A DNA stretch of 60,000 bases from Lytechinus pictus (Eukaryota), in the NCBI RefSeq assembly GCF_037042905.1, contig NC_087252.1, forward strand, positions 19,284,001 to 19,344,000, read 5' to 3'. A model generated the notes under the pieces. That model saw only the letters and a list, made by a program, of their open reading frames with translations, did no database searches and was not told the DNA's origin. Within the stretch, counting starts at the first letter, position 1. Each line of letters starts with the position of its first letter. Of this stretch, positions 42,661 through 54,970 are shown piece after piece. The translations under genes and the position numbers were made by a program.

Positions 42661-43669
42661 TGTATACAAGTACTTCCAATTCCAAGGTTTACTTTTTTTC
42701 ATTCTGGCTCTCATTCACCATCACTGGTACCCCAATACAAACAATTATTTCATGAACTTTTCTCAATATCACTTATATTAAAAAAAAAATTATTTTGTCA
42801 TTATAAAATCTGCATACACCAACATGAACATCATTTCCATTATGGAGCAATATATAAAAGGTAAGAGCTGCACTATTAAAAAAAGAAAAACAATTAGAAT
42901 ATATTCAATGTTCCAATATAGAGAATTGATGTTTTGAGTCAAATTTTCTTGAAGTTACATTCAAGGTTAAACAAGTGCTTGTCATAAAATCAGCCGGGCA
43001 TAAAACATAATTATTTCAATCATGTCATTGATGTAAAACTGATAAAATCGGCCCACTGAACATAAACATGATTACATATGTATGTATACATAAAACATTA
43101 AGGAAACATGTGACTGAAATCAAGAAATAAAACATGAACTACTAGCACGTAAATCCTACAAGGCCCATTCGTCCATAAAAGTTTTACAATTCAATAAAGA
43201 GATAAAGTAGACAATGACTACCTATAAATAATATTGCTATTGTGCAGTGAGTGAACAAGATTCGAGCAATAAAAACTTTATCAAATCATACATGATATCC
43301 TCTGTTTGTACATACATGATACAGCTACAATAACATAGAAGCTTGAAAAAACCTTCTCACAATGTATTTTCTACATTTTCACCTTATTTTCTTCATGCAC
43401 GTGATTGTGCCATTAATCAGTACTCAGTACAAAAATCAATCAATAGCCTGTTATCCCAACAAATTTGAAATTTACGCTCTTCTATCCAGAATATAATTAA
43501 CTGTACCTATGTCTAACATGTTTGTTTAGAGGTCGTGCCTCTCAGTCAGCAGAACCGGTTCTCTGGAATAAATTGCTAAGCCATCTCAAAATGAACATCA
43601 CTGTTTGTCTCATAAAGTGATCCCATATAATTGTAATTTTGCTAATGACAATTATTGTCCTATACATCT

Positions 43670-43995
43670 GGTGGGTGTTTCATAACGATGTTTGTAAGTT
43701 ATATTTACAAATGAATGGTGATCCTTTCTTGTAGTAAGCCATACACACCGGACTTCCATTCGCGTCAATTTAGTTCCTAAGAAAGGGTAACCAGTCGTTT
43801 GTAAATTCACTCGTAACTTACGAACAGTAGGGTGTTTCCTTAAGATGTTCATGATAAGCAACAAACGACTTTATGCACGACTGGTAATACCTTCTTTTGC
43901 TACATGTAAATGAATGAGAAACAGATTAAAGAACCCAAGAAGGTATCACCAATCATTCATAAAGTCATTCATAACTTACGAACAGCTACATGAAA
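43670..43995. mobile_element. Two adjacent degenerate MITEs of the 31276 family
   Basis: GGGTGTTTC..TTACGAACAG arms occur twice. Confidence 0.65.
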
Positions 43996-44265
43996 AAAAA
44001 CTCACTGCTCTCTGATTCACCAACTTGCAAATAGTCTCACTCAATTTCAATGCTGCAAAACTATCTTAAGCTTCTAGTCGCCATCGTACAACTGTCCTCA
44101 TTTGATAGAAAATGATACCAAGATGCGCAGTTTAGTCAAGAGAACCTACAGAACACCAAACTCCAAAAGAAGGAAAGCAAAGTCTATCTGAAGTCCATAT
44201 TACAGAAGTTCACATTGTTCCTTATATATCAAAGTTGAAGCCAACAGCACCTTGCTTGGTTTCTA

Positions 44266-44303
44266 TCAAGGCTTCGGTCTCCTGAATAGTAAGATGTGTG
44301 GCT
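44266..44303 (-). CDS. CKS1: CKS last coding exon
   Basis: [12 protein letters not shown]; strong polypyrimidine+CAG acceptor. Confidence 0.93.
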
Positions 44304-46912
44304 CTGACAGGAGAGAAAAAAGGAGAAAATAGAACACACAGTTTTGTAATTTAATTCAAAAGACAAATACAAGGTTCTTAGCTTTTCAAGAAAAAAAAAA
44401 TCCTTGATTTTTTCCTGATGAAGTTTAAATTCCCTGATAATCATTTTAACACATTCCTAGTTTAGCAGGTTTTCTAAGTTGTTGCAGTGAATTACATGTA
44501 TTTTCAGTATAAGAACAATAATGTAAAACTAATCAGTACCACCATAACCAGTCATTCAATGGATGTTGTTTTGATATGTAACAAAATAAAACAGAGTCTG
44601 ACCGATTACCGTGCTTTCGACTTTTGGGCTGATCAAAACTCCCTGATTTTTCCCTCATTTGAGGCATTTTCCCCTGATTTGAGGTACATGTATCTTTTAC
44701 CAAATTCCCTGATATTTCCCTGACTGGAAAAAAGTAAAATAATTTTCCCTGATGGGCTGGGAACCCTGTAATACATGATGTCATAATCTCTTAGCGCCCT
44801 CCCTTAGAGGATATTGGAATATGCATAAATGGAGTTGTCAGATATACGCCAGCTGCAGATTAAGAACGCTCGCAAAGCAATGGTACTGACCTCTAAAATA
44901 TTTCCAACGTTTTATAAAGCTATTTGCTCTTTTTCATTCTGCCCCCTCATTCTCATAAAAAATTTTCTTTAATGTGATTTTTTTTGTGGATATCTTACAT
45001 ACGTTTATTCATGTTTCTGTTGAGAATGTAAACAAATTGAATCGGACTTTGAATACTCTATCATACATCTAACTCACCTGGGTTATGTATCATATAATGA
45101 ACCCATCCAGGGCTTTGCTGGACTCCTAGATTCCTCCATTCCGTCTCCGTCATCAGGTGTAGCTTGGGGACCTGTTTCACAAGCTCTGTCGGCAGGACAA
45201 CATGTCTAGCACCAATAAAAAAAAACATACAAGCAATTTATTTCAAGTGAATAATTTCATTGCTAAAAAAGTCAGCATATTTCAAATTAACATCAGACAA
45301 GTATAACCAACCATGGCAGGCACCAAGCAGACGACTCGCAAATCTACCAGAGGGAAGGCTTCCCGAAAGCAGTTGGCAACCAAGGCCGCTCGGAAGAGGG
45401 TAAATTTCCAATTCTTCTACTGCCAACTCGTCCACTCGATCACCACGTGGTCTACTTTCATTTAGTCTAATGCCATTCAACATTTTGTCTAGCGACCATT
45501 TGGTCCAATAACCATTTAGTCCAATCATCACTTTGTCCAATCTTCATTTCGTCTCCGACCATTTCGTCTCATGACCAGTTGGTCTAAAATCCTTTTCATT
45601 TTCATTCATTTTGCACAACAAACACTAAGTCCAATTAGACCAAATGGTATGGACTAAATGGTTATTGGAACAACTGGTTATTAGATGAAATGGCGATTAG
45701 ACCATGTGGATAGTGGATGAAATGATGGTAGACCAAATGATAGTAGACAAGGTGGCAATTGGATGAATTGGCATTAGACAAATTGGAAATTTTCCAGGAA
45801 GAGTGCCCCAGCCATCGGAGGAGTTACATGTACTGTACAAAGCCACATAGGTACAGGCCTTGAATGGTTCGCCCTAAATGACCCAGGTAACAAAAAGCTT
45901 TGTGATTAATCATGGGGCTTTATTTCTAAGATTGATTTTATTGACTATTGTGTATGATCAATCACAGAAATCAGCCTCCGATCCATTGCTAAGCTTTATG
46001 TTACAGGGCCATGGACACATTCTGAAAATGGGAAAGAAAGATGCACAAACTGTCAAAGAAATACAAAACAAACAACGTTGCTGTGGAAATAAACAGAGGG
46101 AGGAAACATCAAGAAAAAAATTTCAAGATTACACTAATCATCAAAACAGTTATATGTAATATTGTTAAAAGGGATTGTAAACTGTGCTATTAAAATAATC
46201 TTTATTTACCATACACTTGTCACATATATCATACATGTACATTTAGAGGGAGGAAAACATCAAGAAAAAAATTAAGATTACTAATCGTCAAAACAGATAT
46301 TGTTAGAAGGGATTGTAAAAAGTGCTTTTCAAATAATCTTTATTCATCATACACTTGTCAAATACATGTACATTTGTTCTAACATGATCTATCCATTTTC
46401 TGAAGTTGCGTGATAATAATGACTACATGTACATGTTAATATTGAAAGAAAGTTGCCATTTTATTTCATATATAATAAAAGCCTATCTTTAGTTTTTTTA
46501 AATCCCCCAAAAGTACATGTCACTATTCTATTCCATATACTAGATCCTATATTAATGCATGTGCCCCAAAACGGTTGTGGTCTGAAGGAAATAAACTAAA
46601 TATGTGTTTTATTGGATAAATTTACGGATTTGACATCAAAATTTAATTTAATTTGGGTGGCAAGGCCATGAAAAGAAAATACCTGAAAATTCTTGTCTTG
46701 TAAAAGCATGCAATGGGCTGAATATTTTCAGGACAGGATAATTGTCAGTAGCTTTCTATTTAAATATGGAAAGTAAGTGATCAAACAGCTATCTGAAATC
46801 AAAATAAAAACACTACCAAGAAACATGACATCTAATCTTACCTATATTCAAATTGATCATCTTCATACTTGTCTGAGTAGGAGATCAATCGCTGCATCAC
46901 AGAAGTTGGCAT
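44266..46912 (-). CDS. CKS1: Cyclin-dependent kinases regulatory subunit (Cks1/Suc1 family), 78 aa, join(46912-46842, 45205-45078, 44303-44266)
   Basis: [78 protein letters not shown]; all introns GT-AG; in-frame TGA upstream of the ATG. Confidence 0.95.
44370..44768. mobile_element. Second, inverted copy of the 33595-33992 element
   Basis: Reverse-complement homology along its length; GCTGGGAACCCTG terminus; flanks AAATA/TAATA. Confidence 0.85.
45078..45205 (-). CDS. CKS1: CKS middle coding exon (128 nt)
   Basis: [45 protein letters not shown] acceptor, GTGAGT donor. Confidence 0.95.
45313..45875 (+). pseudogene. H3: Truncated histone H3 pseudogene in the CKS intron, split by a MITE
   Basis: [28 protein letters not shown]|insertion|[15 protein letters not shown] versus H3 [45 protein letters not shown]. 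Confidence 0.9.
45399..45795. mobile_element. Foldback-like MITE with internal TAGAC/GTCTA repeats and 8-bp TSD
   Basis: TIR GGTAAATTTCCAATT/AATTGGAAATTTTCC; TSD CGGAAGAG/AGGAAGAG; degenerate relative at ~11895-12280. Confidence 0.85.
46095..46375. repeat. Direct tandem duplication, ~140 bp x2
   Basis: AGAGGGAGGAAA..CATCAAGAAAAAA...ATACATGTACATTT present twice. Confidence 0.85.
46842..46912 (-). CDS. CKS1: CKS first coding exon (exon extends as 5'UTR to 46962)
   Basis: [24 protein letters not shown]; donor GTAAGA; acceptor (TG)nCAG at 46963. Confidence 0.92.
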
Positions 46913-46999
46913 TATGACCTTTGACCTTCAATACGTCTTTAATAGAGCAGTGATCAGAGTACCTGCACACACACACACACACAAAAGAAAAAAAAAACA

Positions 47000-47230
47000 T
47001 ATTGGGCGTGTCTCACAACCAGGTCGAGATTTCAAACGCCGGCCGCATCAGACCAAACTTCATTTAAGATGGGTGCTACTGCTACCTTGTTTGGTGTTCA
47101 ACGATTGAAGGGATAGAGCAACGATTATCTGGTGCTGCACTGTGGCTGCCAGGCCCAAGGTCAATTGGGCAAAGAGTTTCTGTTTCAGATTTCTATTTCG
47201 AACAATAAAATATGGATTTTCATTTTCATT
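47000..47230 (+). mobile_element. SINE, second family (degenerate)
   Basis: GTCTCACAAC..GCATCAGACCAAA..GATGGG..TACTGCTACC shared with 13290-13495. Confidence 0.55.
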
Positions 47231-47242
47231 TCTCGTACAAAT

Positions 47243-47517
47243 AGGGCCCTGTCTTACAAAGAGTTACGATTGATTGGATCAATCGTTACTCTATGGAAAT
47301 CCATCAGTGTCATAAATTCTTCTACAGGAAATTTGCAAACTGTCCTTTGTAAACAAAGGAGAACACACTAAATTGTCCAGAAATCAATGAATTTATGGAT
47401 ATAAATTCATAACTACAAATATTTTTAAACAAACATGCATTTTATATGTTGACTCTGCTGGCTTTCCATAGTTGTGATTGATCGGACCAATCGCAAATTT
47501 TTGTAAGACAACCCCCT
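47243..47517. mobile_element. MITE, TCTTACAAAGAGTT family
   Basis: GGGCCCTGTCTTACAAAG ... TTTGTAAGACAACCCCC. Confidence 0.8.
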
Positions 47518-47634
47518 GGTCTATTAAGGCCACAAATGTGAAACAGAAAAAAAAAATGCCCATTGGAGCAGAGATGCCTATCAAAGACCAGCAATGCGTG
47601 AGGTTTTAGGCACGCAACCGGCATGAGATCATCC

Positions 47635-47803
47635 GGGTCCCGTAACACAAAGCTTAGCGATCAATCACTAATTTGAAAGAACAATTCTGATTGGTTCCTA
47701 CTTCCTAGTCAGTCTTCTGAGCAAAATGCACATGCAACGATGATCTCGACAGAGAGGCCATTTTATTTAGCGATTAATCGCTAATCTTTGTGTTACGGGA
47801 CCC
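47635..47803. mobile_element. MITE, TAACACAAAG family
   Basis: GGGTCCCGTAACACAAAG ... CTTTGTGTTACGGGACCC. Confidence 0.88.
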
Positions 47804-49130
47804 AGGAGTGTACAGAAGAATAGGCTGTGCCTGTGATACGTGCATGACAAAGAGATATGGGGGATGAGCAAGAGTCCCCTAATGTGGGAATCTCACGTCT
47901 AAGATACAAGACTTGGCATGTCTGCTATAGACAGGTTCTTCAAGATTTAGACTGAAGTCTTTTCCATGTTATATCTTGGGGGGGGGGGGGGGACTGTGCC
48001 TGTTACCAACACAAAGTACTCTTCCAACCAGGGGCGGATCCATAATTTTCCAAAAAGGGGTCACATATTCCCAATAAAAATTTGACAGGCAAAAAAGAAA
48101 GGAAGAAAAAATTGTCCTCACTTTAAAAAAAAAAAGGGGGGGGGGGCACATCTAAGTAAAAACAGTATTTTTACATTACAAATTTTGATTATGGTTCCCA
48201 AAAATGGGGGGGGAGGCACAGGCCAGGTGTGCCCCCCCCCCCTGAATCCACTGATTCCAACCATATATACTTGCCTTTTTTCTATCATAATATTGAATTT
48301 AAAAAATACATCTCAATGTTTCAGAAAGTCTGAAAATATATCGCTAAGTTTCATTTCAGTGATTTTGCATCCCTCGCATTTAATTAGAGCATTGCACATT
48401 CAAATTTCAATTAGAAAGCCGCGGCTACAGGGGCCGCAGAACCAAGGGGCTGGTGGGGCTTTAGCCCCCCACTTTTTTCCAAATCTATGTACAAAAACAT
48501 AAAAATTACCATCCTTTTGTGATTCTTTCCAGTGTTTCCACAGACCGTCATATTCTTAGACTTTCTAATTTATTTACTTTGACTTAGAACTAAAAAACAA
48601 AACTAGGTGTTGAAAACTTGAAATTTAATTAGTGTTTTATTTTATAACAAATCAAGAAAGTGCTTACATATGAAGCAATTGCCTTACGTATGGGACCATA
48701 ATGTACAAAGTAAATGGGAAATTCAGAAAATAGTTTATTTTCATCATTATGAAGGCCAAAATGCACTGATTTTCTTGTCTAGGTAGGCCTTGTCAATGTT
48801 CTTAACAAATTCACTTACGGTATTAAAACAAAAGTAAAATTAATTAATTTATCATTATGTACCCAGTATTCTATTGTTTAAGGGAATTTCTTATGTTCTC
48901 TCTTTTTTTACCTTTTCATTTTTCAACATTTTATAATGATTTATATGGTTACATCCAATTAAAAACACAAACTGCATAAATTTAATAAATTTCTACTTCT
49001 TCTTCTTCCTGTAAAGTACAGACTGCCGTTGGCATATATTATCGTACTGGTTGTGCTTGTCAAGTGCCCAGATGAATAGTGCGAGTAAAAATCTCTACAA
49101 AACTATGTGCGGCTAAAAACAGAAAAGGCC

Positions 49131-49790
49131 TTAATGAAGCCTCCTTTGCTGCACCTCCTGCTTGAAAGACGCGAGGGAGGTGCTGTGGATTATCTTTGCT
49201 GGGCCTGGGAGTGAGTTCCATATTCTGATAGCTTCAGGAAAGAATGTCTTTTGAGATATTTGTGTTCTGGCATATGGGATTTGGAACTTATCAGGATTTC
49301 CACGCCTACATGGTCCAGTTGATAAACTGGTCATCCGGGATGTCAATAGGCGGTGCTGCACTATCCCGAGTTTGCTCAATCGCGAGATTTTAGACAGATC
49401 GGCCCTCTTCGCGATTAATCTAGATTCAAGAAACCCCCGTCTCCACCATCGCAAGAGCGATTCCTGCTCGAGCAAGGCATCGATGCATTATGGTCTGACG
49501 CCGTGAATAAATAATCCTGAGTGCATCTGCACCTGCGAATTAGCGCGATAATTTGTAAAATAGCGCGCTATTTTGTAAATAATCCCAAGTTGACTTGGGA
49601 TTGCAATTTCGAGATTAATCCTACGAACTAGCGCGATAATTGCGTCTCCATTACAAATAATCTCGAGATTGTTCAGATCGGGATAATTTGCCGGATCAGA
49701 AATAGCGCGCTAATTTGAAAACTCGGGATGGTGCAGACGGCCCTAATAAGCTTGTTGATGATGCAATAGACCACTCCAGTACTGGAAGGA
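49131..49790 (-). mobile_element. LINE (CR1/L2-group-like) ORF2 C-terminal relic split by a MITE
   Basis: VYCIINKLI|DIPDDQF and FQIPYARTQISQKTFFPEAIRIWNSLP..SLASFK. Confidence 0.75.
49348..49744. mobile_element. MITE with 3-bp TSD (AAT)
   Basis: CTGCACTATCCCGAGTTT ... AAACTCGGGATGGTGCAG; removing it restores the LINE reading frame. Confidence 0.8.
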
Positions 49791-50065
49791 CAAGTGCTTT
49801 GTAGCACAACACTTTTGTCTTGAGAGGGCAGTCCCTGATATTTCTCTGCAGGAAGCTGCTGAGTTGGCAGACTTAAATTCACACATTTATGAATTTTGGC
49901 TGAACAAACAATTTGTATTGAAACTGTAGACCTAGGCCTACATGAAAACATGTTTTTGAGCATTTTTGGCCTGCCGCTTTTTAAAAATATATATGTTAAC
50001 CATGGTCCCGATAAGATCCTCCTAAAAAGTAAATGCAGTAAAAAAAAATCTCGATATCACAACTG

Positions 50066-50217
50066 GGGAGCGTTTCATCAACATTTTGTCCGACAAGTTG
50101 TCACGTCTAACAACTTTCATTGATTATGATTGGCTGAGAAGCACTGTCACTATGGTAACCGTCGGATAAAATGGGACTTGTCGGATGAAACGTCCGACAT
50201 GTCCTTGAAACGCTCCC
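50066..50217. mobile_element. Harbinger-like MITE with CTG TSD (relative at ~42315-42415)
   Basis: CTG|GGGAGCGTTTCA ... TGAAACGCTCCC|CTG. Confidence 0.85.
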
Positions 50218-50466
50218 CTGAATGTACCCGAGAGTAGACCGCTATAGCTATACCTACATGTAGGAGATCACTTGGGTGTGGACACAGCCCCCCCCCCCCC
50301 CCTCCACCGAGTCGGCCTTCCTCATTCATATTTCATTCATTCACCCAGTCATTTTCAATCAATTTCATTCCTTTGGTACTTGCATGGATGATGGTACTTG
50401 GTTGTGGTTCCTCCAAAATACTCCTGATGGAATTTTAACTGGAGGTTGTGGTGGTTGAGGGTGGAT

Positions 50467-50645
50467 TTAGGGAGTTTTTAGAATTGCAGCTTTAAATTTA
50501 TCTGGGTCAGTTTGACATACCAGGCATGCCAGGGTAGGGTGGAGATCATTCCACGATGCAATTGTGCGGGGAAAGAAGGAGTTCTTGTACACATCGAGCC
50601 TGGAAGATGGTACCTCAAACTGGAAGGAATGTCCCCGTCTGTTCC
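50467..50645 (-). mobile_element. LINE ORF2 C-terminal relic
   Basis: RRGHSFQFEVPSSRLDVYKNSFFPRTIASWNDL. Confidence 0.75.
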
Positions 50646-50679
50646 TAATTTTTATTTTTATTTTTATTTCTTCCATTTC

Positions 50680-50810
50680 CATCCATTCATTGACATTCAT
50701 TGATTCGATCATTCGTTCTCCATTCATTCATTCATTTGTTCTCTATTCATTCCATTTCATTCATTCATTTGTTCTCCATTCATTCATCATTCATTCATTC
50801 CTTCCTTCCA
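50680..50810. repeat. (CATT)n microsatellite
   Basis: Direct reading. Confidence 0.85.
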
Positions 50811-51116
50811 ATTAAACTTCGTCACCTGGCTAGCGCTAGCTAGCTAGCTGGGAATCTTGGTTGGAGGCACGCACCAGTACGTACAGCGTCCTCCAAGACC
50901 AGCCGGATCCCTGACCAGCTCCATCGGGCTAGGCCAGGCTAGCTGCGTTCTAATCAGCAGCCAGCCAAAGCCCAAGCTCAAGCAGGGGCTAAGGGGCTTG
51001 CCAAGGCAGCCAAATACTTCCCAAGCGCTAAGCATAAAAATATGGCATGATAAAGAAAGCTACCAAGATCAAGAAAGCATAACCCATTAACAACTATGTA
51101 ATGTAAAAATTCATAC

Positions 51117-51245
51117 CTTCGTCAAATGCCAAAGACAACGTCAAGAAAAAGCGAGTTTCTTCCCAGTTTCAGCGCTTGTTTTCGCGCGTTACAATGCCCA
51201 GCGCGGGTTCACATCCCATCCCAGTGCAGTACGGCCGCCGGATAT
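51117..51245 (-). promoter_or_regulatory. Candidate non-coding first exon/promoter of CKS with an E2F-like site
   Basis: Minus-strand donor AAG|GTATGA at 51117/51116; CpG-rich patch; TTTTCGCGCG at 51179-51188. Confidence 0.45.
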
Positions 51246-51648
51246 AAAAACAAAACAAAGGAATGTGCTAGGCTAGGGGAAGGAGGGGACGGGGGCTGGG
51301 GGGCAGTACAAGGGGTAAGGTAAATACTAATCTTTCGTTTCTGCTTTAATTTGCTAAATTTCTAAAATGTGAAAACTTCAGATTAATTTACCTCTGGCTT
51401 TTTCTCATGCAGTATAAATGCCATCATTGTAAATAAAAGTTTTATAGGCCGCTGTCTCAAGTTAATTTATTTGCATTCTATTCTCAAGATTTTAGGCTAA
51501 GTTAGGAAATCTTTGCTGTTTGCATGAATCAACATCAATGACATGACCAAAGCAAAAAAAAAAGGACATCATTATTGTCATCATCACCACCATTACCATC
51601 ATGGTCATCATCATCATCACCATCATGGTCATCACCATCCCCATCATC

Positions 51649-53081
51649 CAGGCACGTAGCCAGGGGGGGGGGGGGCGGTGGGGGCGGTCGCCCCCCAAAA
51701 AAACGTCCCCAAAAAGAAAAAAAAGAAGGGAAAAAAGAGGGGAGAAAAGGAAAAGGGAAGGGAGGAAAGGTAGCTTTGTGTTTGTTTTTTTTTTTCTTTA
51801 TTTTTTTTCTCAAAAGAGAAACTCCTTCTCTCTTGCTCTAAATTTATATATGAATTTTGCTTCCGCGCGGTTAAATGATAATATTGAAGTTCTCCATTGT
51901 TTCCCCACCCTTTCTCTAACCCTGTTTTTCCACCTCAGCTATATGTGTTTCTTGCCAGTTAAAGTTCAAATGTATACATTAGGGCATATAATTAGAGTAA
52001 GGTTAGGCCGAAGTATATGAAGTTATCTTTTTTTTTAAATTGATTGCGCAACTTCTGGACGGGTCGGCCCTGGGCGGGTAAAATCTTTATATCAATTTCT
52101 GCCGTCACCTCCATAAAGTCAACTTCTCCTGCTTTTCAGCTCATTACTAAACAACCATAATTTTGGGGCAAACAGGTTCCTAATTTAAGAAGAGGAAGGT
52201 ATAAAATTTGTGTCGTATTAGATAAAAAAGTACAATATTTATTATCAAATTCTATTAAACTTCATGTCATTTCCCTGCACATTCATGTTTTGCGCACTCA
52301 GTTTGAAATTTTGAATGACACTTAGGGTTCTTTATAATTCAAAATGAAGCGCTTCAGGATAAGTCAAAGAAATTAGGCATCCTTTTTTATATAATTTCAA
52401 TGAATCACAGAAGTTTCAACTTTTTGCGCACTATTTTCCTTGTAATGAAGTTCAATAATCTTAGAAAATCAATCGAATTAGACCCGATGGGGTATTAGAG
52501 ATATCTGCATTTGATGAAACGTCCGCCCTTTGAAACTTCAGAGTTTCATTGCTCTGCGCGGGGAGGAATATCTTCCTTCCGGCATATACATTTCTTCTCC
52601 TCTGTTTTGCGAGTTATGCACTGTCGCTAAATTGTTTGTAATCAAATCTGATCTTTCCAAGGGAAGTATTCAATATATCTTTGAAAATTACCTTTTATCG
52701 GGACCCTTTTCATGGCAGAAAAAAAATTGAAAAAACGCTTTAGCTTCCGCGCTTCACGCGGGGTTATTATTTTAATTTCCTCCATTGTATTCCCTTTTTA
52801 TGCGTTCGCTCACAATCACCTTTGAAAACAAGGTTCATGAAAAAAAGGTTCAAAATCACAATATTGTCAACTGAATTGGAGGTGATATAGGTACTAGAGA
52901 CAAGAGAGACGGCTCCTTTTCATTTTTATTTATGAAACACCAAAAGCTTCGCGCGGGAAGGGAAAACTCCCCCTCCCTGCACACACCCCCTAGGGAGCGC
53001 GCTTCGCGCGCTCTGTAAGTGTTGGCACGCTTCGCATGCGATTACCGCCCCCTCCAAAATGAAATCCTGGCTACGCGGTTG
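51649..53081. mobile_element. hAT-like non-autonomous element inserted in a (CAT)n microsatellite
   Basis: CAGGCACGTAGCCAGG ... CCTGGCTACGCGGTTG; TSD CCATCATC/CCATCAGC; (CAT)n resumes after 53082. Confidence 0.75.
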
Positions 53082-54970
53082 CCATCAGCACCATCATCGT
53101 CGCCATCATCATCGTAATCATCATCCATGCACATCGACAAGCATCCGCACCAGCAGACCAAGCCAAATAGTTTTTCAAAGGATGAAAAAGCATGACATGA
53201 ATATTACAAATGACTATTACAGGAAATAATTGGGTATCATTAACGACGGTTCATTTCGAGAAATACAAATTTCATTATTTTAATGTATCTTTCTTTTCGT
53301 GTACATACATCATTGTAGACTTACAGTCTATGCAGTAATGTCACATATGCTCCTTTGAAGCTTAATTTGTTTGCAGTATTATTAATCAACCAAGGAAAAT
53401 TTTAATAACCCATTTCGCCCGTTTGATAAACCATAATTACATTGTATAATTATGATCCTTTGTTTCTTTCCAACACAAACTAAAACACATTTTGCATATT
53501 CAGGTGATAATATATGTATATCAGAATCCAAACTGTGTTACAGAAAGGATAAAAGACAGATTTTCCAATTAATACACTTCTCCTAAAGCCTGGGTTACAT
53601 CGGAACCGAATTAGCTGCGAAGCAATCCGAATAAACAAATTCAGGAGTATTCTATTCTGCCTCCCCCCCAAAAAAGCAAAAAAACTCGGGAGGGATTCAG
53701 GAACATTCGTGGAGGGATTCGGCTCAAAGTTTTAAAATATTCAAACCAGCCAAATACACTCCAAAATACTCCCAAAATGTGGCCTGAATTAAATTTGTCG
53801 TGGCCACATTCAGGATGTTTTTGGATGGAATTTCTTGAAATGCTTTAAGAAGGCTTCATTGAAAACACATTCTCACATTACTCATTTCAGTACAGATAAA
53901 ATGAATTTCAAATATTTTCAATTCTAAAAAAAAAATATACACAAATCTATATGTCAAAGTTCCTGAAGAAACAATAGTTACTGACAAAATGGATACCTTC
54001 TAAGATTCCGTAAAGATGACAAACAAAAAAGCAAAATACTAAAAGAAGGAAAAAGAAAAACATTCTCATATACGACCTGAATATATATGACAAGATTTAT
54101 CATTCTTGACTAAACAATTTTTCATTTTATTTTTTTATGAAGATTCTGTGTTCGGTACAATAAATTAATGTCTGCAAATAAACCACATGTTTAGTAATTG
54201 CCTGGTGATAACATTTATGTATGCTAAGCATGTAATTCCAAGGTCTATAAATCTATATTTTTTAAAATCTTATTAATATTAGCAACAGTTCCCTGTTAAA
54301 TGCATAAAAATGGGGAATTTTTAATATCTAATGTGTACATTTCAGACAACACATTTCTACTCTTGTTTCTTTCAGAAAAGGTGAATGAGGGTCCTGCTAC
54401 ATCACCCTCATATCCAAAAACTTCATATATACGACAAGGATAAGACGCAATATATAATTCAACAGAAACACGGCATGTCAAAGAATGAAAATAATTGAGT
54501 ATATTACAAGGCAACATCATGATGCATTTATGATGACATTCTTCTGTTTAACTTTAATACAAAAATATTGTATTAAGAACTACAGAGTACTCAAAGATTT
54601 GGATGATGTGCATAAGATACTGGTACATGGTTAAAGTAATAAGAAATGCCAGCAGAACAGGACATAATACCAGAGACTCATCTTCATCTTCTCTGATGGG
54701 ACACTCTCATTAGTAAAGTTATATTTCATCAGAATATGATTTGTGAACATTTTGATCGAATGTTGATATGTAACGATGGTACTTAGTCGAGAGGGTTGCA
54801 TGAAACATCGACTCATGAATATGCTTACCGAGTTTTATAATATGACTTCTTCAGAGTGGCTATGCAAGTATGCAACTGACTCTTTAATCTATTAATTGTA
54901 AATTGTATACCCCAGAGGGGGCATGGGTTATATCATTACTCATATCTTATATATATATATATATAATACT

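Noticed and set aside
41703..42781. 100-167 aa ORFs rich in S/L/P/F
   Set aside because: GA/CT low-complexity tracts and poly-G repeat fragments
44229..44444. 71-aa minus-strand ORF
   Set aside because: Wrong frame across the CKS last exon and a transposon end; the real frame is [12 protein letters not shown]
49131..49475. 114-aa ORF as a host gene
   Set aside because: Chimera of MITE sequence and a LINE ORF2 C-terminal relic
51492..52020. Several Pro/Gly/Asp/Lys-rich ORFs
   Set aside because: (CAT)n microsatellite plus the homopolymer-rich end of a hAT-like element
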